A stretch of 64,000 nucleotides of DNA from the NCBI RefSeq assembly GCF_037042905.1, contig NC_087251.1:9486001-9550000 (forward strand), written 5' to 3'. Below, in pieces: positions 12,501 to 27,500 of the stretch. Made by a program: the position numbers and the translations under genes. The notes beneath the pieces were generated by a model. The model was not told the DNA's origin, ran no database searches, and worked only from the letters and a program-made list of their open reading frames with translations. Every line of letters begins with the position of its first letter. The first letter of the stretch is position 1. Origin of the DNA: Lytechinus pictus (Eukaryota).

Positions 12501-15500
12501 TAGAGCGTCATGAGGTTACCAAACTTCTACACAGAATTTTGAAACTCATTAAATTTGCTAATTTATGCATATTTTTAAAAATTCACATAAAATGCTTCTT
12601 CTGAATTTGTTGACTGATTTTGATTTTTTTTCTTCCATCTGGTAGAGCTTCTTCATTAGGTTCACCGAAATTCTACACAGAATTTTGAAATTTTGAGTAG
12701 AACAATTTCTATGCTAATTTATGCGTATTTTAAAAATTCATATAAAATGCTTCTTCTTTATTTGTTTACCAATTTAGATTTAGTTTTTCTTCCATCTGGT
12801 AGAGCTGCATGGGGAACACCAAACTTGTACACAAAATTTTGAAATTTAGTCTAGAAAATTATTAATGCTAATTTATGCAAAATTTATTCATAAATCACAA
12901 AAAATGATATTTCTCCTTCATCTGTTGATCAGTTTCAATTTTGTTTGCTTTATATGATAGCTCTAGGTGGTGATACAAAATTTCAACACAGAATTTTGAA
13001 ACTCATTAATATGCTAATTTATTCATATATTTTCAAAACTCACAAAAAATGCTTATCTATTTGTTGATTGATTTTGATTATTTTTGTTCCATCTGAGAGC
13101 TACATGAGGTTCATCAAGGTTCTACACAAGAGTTAAGAAATTTCGACTAGAAAATTGTTAATGCTGATTTATATAAAATTTATTCATAGATCACAAAGAA
13201 TGCTTCTATGTCATTTCTTCATCAATTTTAATTCTATATCCTCAATTTATGTCACCAATATCATTCACTACAGTGTCAACTGGGCTGAAATTAAAATTGT
13301 GTTAAATTTCGTTGCGAGATGCCGGATGAGCTCCACATCATTGATGTGCTAGTTTACTACCAGAATCGGGGTGCCTTTTTCAGATAAAGTTAGAAATTTA
13401 TACTTTTCCGCACATTTTTCATCTTCAATGGATACAAAAGGGTCCATTGTAGGTTATTTCCCATTTTTAAAAAATCATTTCTTAACGGTATCCCATAGTA
13501 AAATGTTTTATCATAATATATAGGCCTACTTTTTCTTTAGATTTGGCATTGATTTATAACATATATGGTAGACTATATGACACAGTAGCATGACAATTTT
13601 TTTTTCATTGCATTGAACCTTTAGAGGGGGAATGAAGTGTTTACTTCCAAATCATGAACATAGATTTATCCAAATTTCAAGATGAGAGGGAAAAATCACA
13701 TTGAAAGCAGCCAGCTTATGTTATGTTCTTTTTCTACTCTTGTATAGGCAAAAGCTGAACTTCTCAATGCCATCAGAGAGATAGCTTTCAAGATATCAAA
13801 AAGCCCTCAGAAAACCATCAATCCCGGGCTTAAAGTAGACCAGGCTGATGAAGGAGCATCTGTTGAGGGTCAACAGAAACAATCTACTGGAGATGATGCC
13901 AAAGAGGGCTATAAAGCCTTTTTTGTGAGGGAGTCTGATCTTTTTACCATGGATAATTCGCTGATCGAGAAGAAGACCAGTGAGTGCAGTCTCAACTATG
14001 ACTCCTTTTTTAATTACAGTTATGATGTTTGTGGCTCAGGATTGGAGGATGAGAGGCAGCTGTCTGCCAGGAAAGATAGAGGTGAAGATCAAAGACTTGA
14101 AGGGATCTCTTTCCCTTCACAAAGGCTGATAATAGAAGCTAGAGATATAGGAAGGAAGAGACTGAAAAATACATGGCATCTTACAAGAGAGAAACCCAAG
14201 ATCAATAATACAGAGGTGAGATTCATGAAGGATTCAGATGGCCAAGAAATGAAGGTTTCAGGTGTTTTGTGTAGATCCAGTCATCATGGTGATCTTCCTT
14301 CCTTGGACAAGTCTGATGATAAGGGGGAGGAGGTGGAAGATGAGGTTACCTTATCTTGTCACAATCTCTACAGTGATGTCATGAATGAACTCGGCTGTAA
14401 GAATGCTGCTGCTGCGATGCCAATTGTCACTGCAACAACCGCCACTGAGGATGCTCCAGAAGCACCCTCTAGCGGAACCTATGACAGGGACTGCGTCAGC
14501 TTGGAGGATATCTCTTCAGGTTACAGTGATGACCTACTGAAATCAGAGGAGTGGAGGGCATCTGGTGATTCACTTCCTAGTTCAGGGGGAAGTAGTTGCG
14601 TAGACTTTCTAGATGATGATGCTAATATTAATATGCAGCATGTAGCCAACAAGACCACTGCATCAAGAAAAATAGTGAACCCTGTGGAGGGAGAGGAGGA
14701 CTCTGAAGACATTTCAGATAATGAGGATTATGACTCCAAGTTTTTTAAAATGCAAAAGCATTTATCTTCCAACAACTCAAATGAATCTGAATATGGGAAA
14801 GGAAATAATGCACAAACTGTAGAATCTCATAGGTTTCCAGACAGCTTTTCCATAGCCAAAGGAACCAAACCTAATCAGGTAGATGAAAGCACTGATCCCA
14901 AACATGTTGGTGAGAGTTCAGATGACCTCCTCTCATGGGAATCACCACAGCGATTAGGGGAGATGAAGAATGATGACATGAGCTCATCTCATAGGATTAT
15001 TCCTCTCTCCGGAGATGAGTTACAAGAGGATGATCTTGATTTTTGTGTCGCAGATGAGGATTATGATACCAAGGATCGTGATAAAGAAATCAGTGATGCA
15101 TCACTTGATTACAATGAAGACCCTACAGTTCCTTGGGATGAAAGAGTTCGTGTTAACCAAGACACTGGACGCTCACCCATCACAAACAGAATCTTCCAAG
15201 GTGAACAACAATTTGAAATATCCTCAGGACAAAGGAAGTCTCCCAATCCTACTAAGATCAAGAAGGATGTTACTAACAGGTACATGAAAGGCAGCGGCCT
15301 GGATCCAGAAGTCGCTGAGAGGAAAATACCTCAACGCATCACCTTTGGAAGGAAAGACATGGAGAGAAGAGTTGCTAATTATCAAGAAAAGACCCTTGAA
15401 GATCCCTTTTCCATCCGTCATTCCAAGCATGCCAGGTACAGGACTCCAGAGAACCGTGATGATCTCCATCTTGAAGGCATCCATGATGTGAATGGGACTA

Positions 15501-18500
15501 ATAGTGATGGGTCTGTAGGTTCTTGTGATAGTTACGGAGAGGCATCACCGGCCGAAGGTCTCATACTACGCAAACAAGTCATGGAGCACTACGCCACCAG
15601 GGCTAATGACAGGTATGTAGAGATCTCTGTATGATTTCTGTAATTAAATTTGCTTCAATCCAAGATTTAATGTAAGATATATATTCACAATGTAGTCCTT
15701 GCAGCCTTTAAAACATGTAGCTTTACTAGAAGTACTGTCTTGGTTGAAATGAATTTATGGAAAGAGGAGGAGTTATTTTGTTTTATTTGGAGATAAACTT
15801 TATAGGCACTGTTCTCACTACCATCCTAAAACTAGTTTACTGGAAACTAGTTTAACGCGTAATGAGAACGTTCGAAGTGTTCTTGGAAGCGATCTTCCAA
15901 ACTGGTTCAGAAAACCATCTCGCGATGTTAAAAAATTGCTTTGACTCGTTAAACTGGTTTAGCATAAGTGAAGACACAACTGTTATTTGGGAAGTGATTT
16001 TTGCACATTTCGAGTGCGCTACTCCACACACTGTATGTGGAATGCCTAAGCTGCGGTTTCAAATTTCACGCAAAACATGTCACCCCCCTGAGAGTGTTCC
16101 AATAGCAACAAGACCACTTTCCACTTTCGGGTGATCAAATGGGAATGCTAGCAAAGCAATCTTCCAAATTGGTTTCCTGAACCGATTTCCAGTAAACTAG
16201 TTTTAGAAAGTATAATGGGAATGGTGTTATTCATGAGCTTCTCTGGATGCCAGTACAATGCAGAGTGCAGTATCAGATCCTACTGCTCTCCAGAGCTTGG
16301 CCAAGAGCTGTGCAACTTGTCTAATCTGTGTACGCCAGCTCCGGCCAGAACTTCGTTCTGCTGGACTCATTCTTCAAGTGCCCATTATCCTTCTGAAAAC
16401 ATACAGGAATAGAGTTTTTTCATCAGTTGCTCCTCGTCTTTGGAAGACCCTACCTATCCAACTTCGTAGCTGTAACAACATTGAGACCTTCAAGTCTGTA
16501 CTAAAGACCTATCTTTTCCAGCAACTGTGTGAATAATATGTGGCATTTAGGGGAGCAGGCACCTTCGAATGTTTTTTTACAGAGAAATGGTGCGGTGCCT
16601 TATAAATGCTGACATATTCTATCATGAATATTTGATAGTTCTAAAAACGTTTAATTTATAAAACTCTTCAGATAGAAGAAAGAGTTAATCCTGATTAGAT
16701 AATTGTTTTATTGTCATTATCTGAAAGTTACACAATGTTAAACTGTGGAAGCCATTCTTAGATACTTGTACCATTTTAGTATCTGTATTGAAAATTGAAA
16801 TCAATTTCAAGGTATAAGTTGATATGTGGGAAGCATATAAGTCATTGTTGCATCTGGGCTCCATTATATAAATGTTACCATTATGGTAACTTTGCCATCC
16901 AATGGGAACTTGCATGGAATCCTTGATTTTGATTGGCTGTTGGGCCATGTTACCATAGTAGTTACCATTGGATGGCAAACTTACTATAATGGTAACTTTT
17001 CTGCAACGGGGCCCTATGGTAAATATTGAAGAGTGAATTGTATTTAAAATTTGTGTCGTAAAATCATTCATACCTTTTGGAGCTCCTTTTAGAGCGGACT
17101 GATACGCTTGTTCTTCATATTGAAGTGATTTGTTAACTGTGAAAAGAAAAATGAGCTGCAAGAATGTACAGTGACATTAAAAAACATGTTAATATACAGT
17201 TTAAAGATGGAGCAATGTACATTTACATAAAAATGTCATCAGTTGAATGGAATATGTTTGTTTCATGATTACATGTGCTTCAACGTTTTTTAGACAAGAG
17301 GCCTACTTTTTCCTCGTGGATCGATTACTGATTCCTAGATAGCAGGCGATGTTACTTAAGGTGAATCCAAAGAAGAATATACAGTAGAACTAGAAGAGAG
17401 ATCCTAGTTTCTAAATTAGGTTTGTAATCAATTCAAAAGAGAAAGATTCATGAACACTATTGAGTACACTTTTTATTGACCCATCTTACTCGGGATTAAT
17501 GCAAAGCAGTAACTTCATTGCAAGAAAGCAAAGGAACTTGAAAAAGTTGATCATTTTTTTTACAATTGATTACAGTTTCAATGTTTCATATTTTTCCATT
17601 TAACTTTTATGGTTTCATGTTTGTCATTATTTTTTTCTTTTTTGAGGGGGGTGGATATCACTCAAGTAATGCTATTTTCCTTTCCCAATGGACAAAAAGA
17701 GGGAACTTTTTCAAAATGGATATCCACTATGTATAATTTGTTGGCCCATGATCCAGTCATGCCTGCATTCACCTATCCAAGGCTCAGTGACCTTTAGAAA
17801 TGATATCATGTATAAATAAAAAAGTTATCCATTTATGTTTTTGTGTTGCCCTTTTCATTAAGAAAAAAACCTCTACTCCCAAAAAATTGAACTTATATAG
17901 GCTCCCCCCCCCCCCCCATTTGGACGTATTGAAGGCACATCTGGTCATTATCTTTCATGAATCATGATGATAATTGAAAAGACACATGATATTTTAAAAT
18001 GTTAGGAATTTCTTTTTAGAATGACATGAAAAACATGGTTCTTTATTCGCTGGACATGAAAGGTCAGGGGAAATAAATACCTTTTTGATACTTACATTTG
18101 GTAATTCTTGTTTCATTCATTATTATTGAATTTGGTGTCTTACATCGAAAAGGCATCATGGTTTGGTGCAAATAACAAACTAAAAAATAACATTTTCCTG
18201 TTTTGCTTTAGTAAGAATTGGGCAGGAACTTGTGTAGATCAAATTACTACCGCATTTAATTTAGTATTCCTATATCTCTCATGACGAGTTATTTTAGCCT
18301 GTAATAAGTTATGTTCAGGGATATTGTAGGTAGAAAAAGGGAAAACCCCAGATGTTTCATGAAGCAGTTGCCATGACAATATTATAAAATAGAAAGCAGG
18401 CAGGTCAAAAGCTTAATTGGGTATGTATGGTGCAGCAACGCCCAAGACAATAGGATAATATTCAGTCCTTGAAAACACATATAGTCGCTAACTCTTTATA

Positions 18501-21500
18501 CATGTGGAAAGGTCAAGTTTTTTATTGAAAGCAAAAAAAAAAAAACATCTATTTCTTCCAAAGAAATTAATTTGATATCTTGGGGAACGCTATGCCATAA
18601 TTTTGGTGTCACTTTCTCAAAAGTTTTATCACCAAATCTCTTATTTAACAGGTTTTTGAGAATTGATTCTTTGATTGTATACAAATATTTTGGCTGGGCT
18701 GATATTTCTTAATGAGATATAAAGCAGGGCGCTTCCATAAATATACTTTTAGAGTAAAATAAAAGGGGAGTTTAAAAAGGGTAAAAACAGTCAAATGAAT
18801 AAAACTTTATCTTAGAGGATGTGAGGCAATATGGAATAATTGGCCATATCATATGCCTTAATTCATGAAGGTTTAAAAGCCTGGTGCACACCATGCGATT
18901 TATTGCGATCCAAATTTTAAAGGAATTGCAATAACATTTGATATGAACATTCCAACCAATGAAATCTTCGCAAACAGAATTGTGATAGGACTACTGATAT
19001 CAAAATTCAGTCAAGTTCGAGCCTCCCTGTAGGAATTAAAAGCAAAATCAATTCCAAATTGTAATGACGTCATCATCGCCTGCAACTTGAGCTGATTTGA
19101 ACTTTACTCCGAACACAGTGCTTGCCAAAGCAAATTTATGATTTTATAATTCCTAACATTATGCAGAACTTCTAATTAAAAAAATCCTTCTTGGAAATGT
19201 AACATTCAATGCAAAATATGATTTGTTAAAAAGATTGTGTCGCATCGGATGGCATATTGTGCGCTGGGCTTAACTCATGGGCTAAATTTGATACCTTGGT
19301 GTTTAATTAGTAAAGTGGGTAAGTTTGCCCATAGCTTACATAATTTTATTTGATATCAAATGATGCATTAAACTACATGCTCTGACATTTCAAAATCACA
19401 TTTTAAAATCCTGGGGCCGTATTCTGAACATTGTCTTTTCTCCATATTTTATCTTTTCTCAGAGATATGGCAAAATCGGTATTCTGGTGGATGTCATAAC
19501 TTTTGTCACAAAAATTGTCATAAATTTCGTCTCTTCTCTTTACCGCGCACCAAAAATACGCGGCTTTAAATGCGCGTAATCCTTTTATACAAGCAAAAGA
19601 TATGACAAAAGTTATGACAGGGGGGTAGCAGTCATAAATTTTGTCATATCTTTTAGTACCAAATATCCCGATACCCTGCCGACTGAATGTCAAGCATATA
19701 ATTATATTATTTAGATTAGATTGTGGTATTAGTTTCACTCATCATCCATGACAATTTTCAAAATTATTTTTTCATGCTACAATTAGTTAGGCCCTACATA
19801 TTAATTCCTCCTTTTTATCTCTGTTTTCCTTCTTTGTCTACTTCTCCTCTAAAATCCTTCACAGCTCCCTGTATCTCTTTGTAATTAAGCGCATCAATAT
19901 TCGCGTGGTTGCGCGATGCCAACAACTGTATTTGGGTTGGGGATATGCCCTACCTGTCACAGGGCCTTCCTATTGGCTAGAAGGGCTCCCACTGGGAACT
20001 AGCGATGATTTTGATTGGTTTGCTTCCGAAAAGAAGGGCGGGAACTTTGAGAGATATGACAGGGAAAAGACAATGTTCAGAATACCGATTTGTGACAATC
20101 ATAGCGGTGTCACATCTCGGAGAGAAATGACAAAATTTATGACAGAATACCACCCCTGGGTTATTTTACCCACTTTCATGAATCACAAATTTTAACACCT
20201 AGGGCTTAGATTTAGACAAGGATGATGCAATTTAAAGTTAATTCTGAAGTTAAGGGTAAAAGATTGCAGTTGCAGCAAACAATTATTTCATGAGAAAGTC
20301 TTTAAAATCAAGGTCAATTGTCACCCCATTATCATAGATTGAGATCTGGTACATTAAACCTAAACTTATCTTTCTGAAATCATGAAATCTTAACTAAAAA
20401 CTGACATTTTGATGGAATTCCATTTTTATTTTGCTCATTTCTAAGTAATTACACATTTTCTTGTATTTCAAATTTGGCACATATTTTTTTTATTCATACA
20501 TATACAAACACTTTGATGGCAGTTTCATTGCATTCTGTTCGAACTCATTTTGAGATCGCTACCACAACTGGCATTTCTCTTTAATCCATCTTTGTAAGTT
20601 TTGGCTTTAGTGTCTACCACTATGATGATGTAACTACAGAGAGCTCTGCAAAATTAGTAGATTTTTTATCCTTTTTAGTAGGATTTTAAAGGGGAAAGTG
20701 ACACTAAATAGGATTCTTCCCCTAGAAATAGGATCTATGAAACTTGAAAGAATGAAGATTTTTGGTATATTTTTCAAAACTTTAAAGAATTTTTTAGGCT
20801 TGACATGTAAAGAATAGGATGTTTTCACAATTGAGGTTGGCTCGTCACCAAGGCAGAACTTTTGGGCAGCCCACGTACATAGTACACACAAAGTCAATGA
20901 CCTTGGCATCATGATGAGAGCAATCGATCTCTTAACTTTGCCCATTTTTGTTATACAGTGCGTATAAAAAAAGTTTACGCAAAGCTTAGAAAAAGTCCTG
21001 TAAAATTATACATTTGTAATATCCTGAAGATTTTTCCATATTTCAACATTGGTACAGATCCGTTTAAGCAAATGACGATATACATGTAACTGTCGAAAAA
21101 TATTTCCGCTTGAGTGAGCACCACTTACTTTTGAAAAGTTAGTGAAAAATGATTTGTGCAGAACTTTAAAATAGTTATGCGAATAAAAGTAGACCTTAAT
21201 CATAAAGAACACGTGGAATTTAGCTAGTAAAATTGATTTGGAGATATCTTTTTAAATTTGTTTCCTTTCCCAAAACACTTCAAAGAGTGCATTGTGCCCC
21301 ACCCCCACTCCCCCACACACCGAGGCCATTGTGACGATATTTGCTCTAATTTGAGCTGTGATTACATGAAATGGCTTAGGTTTGATTTTCATTTTGTTAA
21401 TCATTGTCAAGCTTGGGAAAAGTGTGGAGAAATAAGTATCAAATGAAATATGAAATGTAAACCCACTTTAAATGATAAAAACTTAGTGAAAAATGCTGGA

Positions 21501-24500
21501 GATGTCTGATATAAACTTTTGTTCAGATTCAGTTATGTCCTCAGATCCAGCTGGCACAAAAAAGGTAAAGGTTGTGCTTACTAAGTGTTGAAATTTCAAT
21601 TTGGGTGGCAAAATTGTTACAATATGCTTGAATGTATCCGTTTTATTTCAATTGACTAAAAGTGCAAGGGAAATGTATGAGAAATGTTTCGCAGGGTAAG
21701 TTTGATTTCACCCTTTCCCCTTGACACGTCGTGAAAACAAGCATTTCTGCGCAAACAGATTTCTGCGAGCTTTACAAAAATGGACAGTGCTCACTCAAGT
21801 GCAACATTCTGTCAAAACTTTTACTTTCATTCGATAGATGAGACCCAAACCCAAGATTATATGTGAAAAAATTACCCACATGTTGTATATTTTTTAATTT
21901 CCAGGGCTTTTTCAAAGTGTAAACTTTTTTTTATACGCACTGTAGATGCGCATACATTAAATGCATAACTGTTCTCCAGCAAAGGAACCACTTCCCCAGT
22001 TTATTACCATTGCTTCAGTTTTTATGACATTTCTTGGTTGTAGAAAACTTACGATTGCTGAACTGTGCCTTTAATTAAATCTTCCATTAAATCCTTGATT
22101 TCATTGGCATTGTTGCCATGGTATTTAGAAATGATGGCAAGATAACCAATATGGTAAATTTTGTTCAATTGAGTCCCATGCCTAAAATTTCAATAGAGAA
22201 TGCATGCATTGAGAAATTGATATTCTGACTATTAGTACGGTATAATTGAACACTTTTAGCAAACAATTGCAAACATATAAGGATTCTTCATCTACAGGGT
22301 GAAATTATACAATTAGAATTATTTTGTGCCAATGAATTACTTAACAGAAATCAGTATGAAGCAAAAAGAGAGGGCGAAAAAGAAATAATATGAATTAAAA
22401 TCCTCTGTCAGTCACTTTTCAAAATCCAATATTTTTCCCGGACCATGATATAGCAATCAAATTTATTACATAAATGCTGGGCTTCTCCATGCAGAGAAAG
22501 ATATGTTGCCCCAGGACCTCTACAATAACTTCCTTGATCTGGTTGACATTTCTTGAACAAAGACCTTGCCATCAAAGACTATTAAATTTCATCTGCTTGT
22601 GTTTTGTTTTGTTTTTCTGAAGCAGTAAGATTTGTTTTAAATCTGGTTCATCTCTACTTTGGATACTTACACATATCTTGAAGAATATTCAGATTTTTGT
22701 CATTCTTACACATAATTTTTTTTTATCAATTTCCATATCCTTATTGTTTCCTCAAATGTGATTTTGTTTCTATGCATCCTCCATTAAAATACCATTGAAG
22801 AAGCTGAGATCCTGATGATTTCCTTGAAAATCTATTACACGAATGTAATTCCATATGACCAGTACCTTCCTCAGTTGTGACCTCATACTTGTAAAAAAGT
22901 TCACATCAAGTTCAGATATCACCTATTAGCATTGGTGACAACCTTGTGGTTAGTTTATGAGGACTTTTGACACACTTGATTTGGATGTGACTTGGTGATA
23001 TATGAGGATTCTTGTATGAGTAAACTTCCCTTGTTCTTGAACCTGTGATTATCCTTGTGGTTTTCCTATTCTAGATTCTTTATACATAAGGTGGTTTTAG
23101 ACCGCCTTGAAGTTCGTCAATTCCAGGTATTTTCTGATCTGGAAATTTACCCGATCAGAAAATACCAGGTAATATTGGCAATGTGAAAGTAAATTACGCG
23201 TAACATCCCCGAAAGAAAATACACACTAAATAGTAGGTACTTGGCAAAATTACGAGAACTTTCGCGGGAATTTTTCCAAGGTCGCAGGTATTTTGGCAAT
23301 GTGAAAGCAATTTACAGGAACCTTTAGCCCAGCGTGTAGTTGGGCGCGGGCGCCGTGGGTGGCTGCTGAGTTAGTGGTTTTGAATCTCGCGCCTTGCCTG
23401 CTTATCAGACCATACTGCGCATGCTCTTAACTTCAGGAATTTATCCCGAAGGGTATGTTTCGGGGCGGTGTGAATGCAGGAATAATTAAAGGGTATTTTT
23501 TAGCCTAAAAAAGTTCTCGTAATTTAACGGGGATTCTTATGATCGAGGCGGTTTGAAACCACCTATACCAAAGATTTATCAATTGAATATGAAAGTATTC
23601 CCAAGTGTTTCATCAGTTTCTATATAGCTTCCAATTAGTTTAACTTCCTGTACTTTGGAGTGGTTTATCTGAAATTCTTGGTTGTTTCAGAGACAAACAA
23701 CTGAGAGACTAATCAAAAGTAATCCAATATTGTAACCACATTGTTGAAGAACAGGATTTCAAAACCAAAGTTTCTGATTTACATGACAAATGTGGCACAT
23801 TAGTGAACATCTTTTTATCAAGTTTCAGCTACTGATTCATTGCCAAGTTCTTTTGAGGATATGAAAGTTTAGCAAATTTTGTTCAAGTTTTATGTTCATC
23901 ACTCATGACTATAATTTGGTTTAAAGCAAAAAGATCTTCGTTTTAAATGCTGCAGTCTCAAATCGATGGAAAAAAATCATGAGAAAACATTGATTGAATT
24001 ACTCCATACTATGACAACTATCAGTACATGTTTGTTCAGGTAGGGGCATTCTCAGGATAAGTTGACAAGGGGAAAGATGACCTTAAAGTGACATTATTTT
24101 ACTCTCAATTGAATAACAATTATAATATTTGAATTACATGACCCAGCCAGACCTCAGGTTTTTATCCTTTTCTTTCTACTTTCTTTGTTTCCCTTCATAT
24201 CATTTTTCCCCTCGTTTCTTTTTTTTTTCTTCTTCAAGTTTACATTATCAAAGTCGAAGTAGTACAATGTATTTCTTTTAAAGCTTTTTGTTGGTTTTTG
24301 TCTTAATAGAAGTTAAAATTGAGTTTGATGATGTGAAATTAGTAGATAACATTATCACCTATGTACACATTTATGTGTGAAATTGAAAATGAAACTGTTC
24401 CTGTTAATGATATTATTTCAAAAGAGAATATTTATGTGTTTGCCATTAGGACTAACAATAATTTGAAATGATGTATGAAAACATCTGTATGAAGACAAAC

Positions 24501-27500
24501 CTATAATCATTAAAAAACTAAAATCTAGCACATTTCTTTGAAATGGTCTCAAACAATTAATTTGAATTTATTTGTGATCTAATATAATCATTATTTTTCT
24601 GTATCTCCAATTAGAGCATGGCATTACGTGTACATGAAGCAAGAAGGTTCAAGATTGATGTTCTACAAGGATAGAATGGGAAGGGACTTAGATGCCCATA
24701 TTGAAGAACCTCTAGTACTAAGCAATGCTATCATATCAGTGGCTAAGGATTACTCCAGGAGGAAGCATGTCTTCAGAGTCCAGTAAGTAGCGTTCTTTTT
24801 AACTTTTTAGACCATGTTCTCTTCTACGACCTTAACTAGTTCAGTGAAAACCACTTAAACATGTAATGGAGACTCTCAAAGCGGTCTTGGTAAGTGGTCT
24901 TCCAAACCAGTTTGGAAAACCACCATGCGATGTGGTTTTAAGTCCCCCTCCAATATATAAAAACAAACATTTTCACCTCTTTTTTTCAAGCTCGATTTAT
25001 AATGTAGTTCTCATACAGAACATATGACTTTGATGGCCATGTTTGATACATATAATAAATTATGTATCATATGAGTGCTCCTTGTTGTATGAACAGGATA
25101 AATCAGACAAGCTTTCTAAGTACGTGAAATACATCTTGGTTTTGTTTATCATGGGACACAATGTATTAGACACCGTTCTCACTACCATCCTAAAACTAGT
25201 TTACTGGAAACTAGTTTACTGGAAACTAGTTTAATGTGTAATGAGAACGATCAAAGCGATCTTCCAAAATGGTTCATAGAACCACCTCGCGATGTAGTTT
25301 TCAAGATCGCTTTGCCTCGTTAAACTGGTTTTAGTGTAAGTGAGTACACAACCGTTCTTCGGGAAGCGATCTTCGAACATTTTGAGCACGCTACTCCACA
25401 CGACAGGTGAAGAATGCCTACGCTGCCGTTTCACAACGTGTCACACCACTGAAAACGTTTCCATAGCAACAAGATCACTTTAAGTGAAGTGATTTTGAAA
25501 GCCACTTTTTGTGTGATCAAATGGGAACGCTAGCAAAGCGATCTTTCACACTGGTTTCCTGAAACGGTTTCCAGTAAACTACTTTTAGAAAGCGTAATGG
25601 GAACGATGTACATACAACCCATTTGTTTAAACTGAGAATGACTTTTAGTCATTTACTGTGGACATGTATTAGAATTCCCAGAACAGGAGACAACTTTAAC
25701 CTTTCATTTTTAGACAAGAATATTTACCATTGATAAGAAAATAGCTTTTGGTTTATTTTGCAGCTCAATATTATTTGAAAATGAGCTCTTGATGGCATTT
25801 CTCTATCTTGACAAAAGTCCTTTTTTTTAATTTGTTTGCCCAATTTGTTTGTATAGGTGGGTTGGTCTGTTTTTGTGTGACATATTTCTTTGTCTAATGG
25901 AAGAATGTACTTTCGATATCGATATATGACGTACACAACAAGAATATTGACATGCAGTATTCATCTAACGTCAAAAATATCTTTATAGGGTGGGAAATAG
26001 AAAATGACAGTTAAGTGAATGTTGTTAATCTTATTTTTGATTTTTTTTTCAGTAGTTTATACAGATTATATCAGAAAATGCTTTGGAAGTAATGAAAAAA
26101 CACAAAATATATGAGCTTTATTATTGTTGAAAATTATCATTTGAAACAGGTATCACAAAAGTAAATATATTTTCAATAGGGTGTCCTCTTTTTAATCAAC
26201 TAGTGCATTCAAATTCTGTACATGATTTTTGTTTTAAATAAAAAATGTTTATTGCTATTTCATGAATAAAAATAGTCCCTCTGATTCTGAAGGATAACAG
26301 AAAAAATTAAATAACATAAAATTATCCTAGCTACCACTCTTTGGAAAAGATAAATCACCATCATATTTCAAATATTATCCATCACTAATTATGTTCATCC
26401 ATACATTTTTTTTGTTACATTATTTTAAGTACAGATAACTACATCCAACTCTTTTAGCAATGACACTGCACCATGTTTTAGTCCATGATATTGGTAATAA
26501 TGTAGGCTGAGTGACTCAGATTTATGTCCTTTAAACCATGATGGCCATAAAACAAAAAATAGATATATAATGCATAACTTTTACAAAGTAAATTAGAGAC
26601 ATTGATCACTATTCAATCCATCTTCATTATGCTACCAATACTAGAGATGAGCTTTAACATTATGTACCTTTTGTGATCTGATTGATGATCCATGTCCAAT
26701 AGGAGCAATCTCTTTCCATCATGTAACATAAGGCTTGCTAAGAAAAAGAGATTGGTGTCAAAGCCGCATCTATCCCGTGCTAGATGTGGAAAGGTAATAC
26801 CAGGAGACTATTGATTTAAAGAAGGGATATGTTTCTGTCAATTATAGCCATCATTCGTCATGGAAATTGGAATAGCAGGGAAGAGTCCTCTAATGCCCCA
26901 AAGAATGATTCCATTAATTACGTGGCCGGGATTTTAGAATGCGGCTGGCAGGCAGGCAGGCCATGCCAATCAAACAATAAATGCTACTCCTATCCAACTA
27001 TTGTCGGCATAAATTTACAATTTTTCAGCTGAATATTCTCATCTCATCAGGAAACGTGCAGAAATATCATTGATGAAATTGGTGTATCCAACTTTTGTTC
27101 CTTGCCAACATTTATTTCAACTTTTGCTTCAAACTGACATTGTTTGATGCATGATTTTGCAGGCATTGTGGCTAAATGCCAGAATGTTCTTGAGCTTTAT
27201 CATGATCAAGGAAACAACAATAATTTGCATGTCATTTATAAAGAAGGGTTGTGGCTAGTGGCCAGAAAAAATAATTATGATCTCATAAATTTGTTCATTA
27301 ATCTTACTTTTATTTTGATTTTACATTCCTCTTGAAATTTGGCAGTGTGATATTTATCATAGAGCTAATGTACTTCAATCAACATTGTCACATAATAAAG
27401 AAAGAAAGAAATAGACTCTCCCAAATGCCAAAGACAACATCTCTCAAACAATGTCTTCATTCTTGAAGTTGCGTATCATTTTCTTTTAAGAGAAATTTGT

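Noticed and set aside
13925-15634. Stand-alone 569-aa single-exon gene
   Set aside because: It starts at GTG inside a longer open exon bounded by an acceptor at 13747 and a donor at 15613.
22430-24060. Possible nested antisense coding sequence
   Set aside because: Composition looks coding-like on the minus strand, but there are many stops and no consistent splice sites. It may be a decayed retroelement; it cannot be supported.
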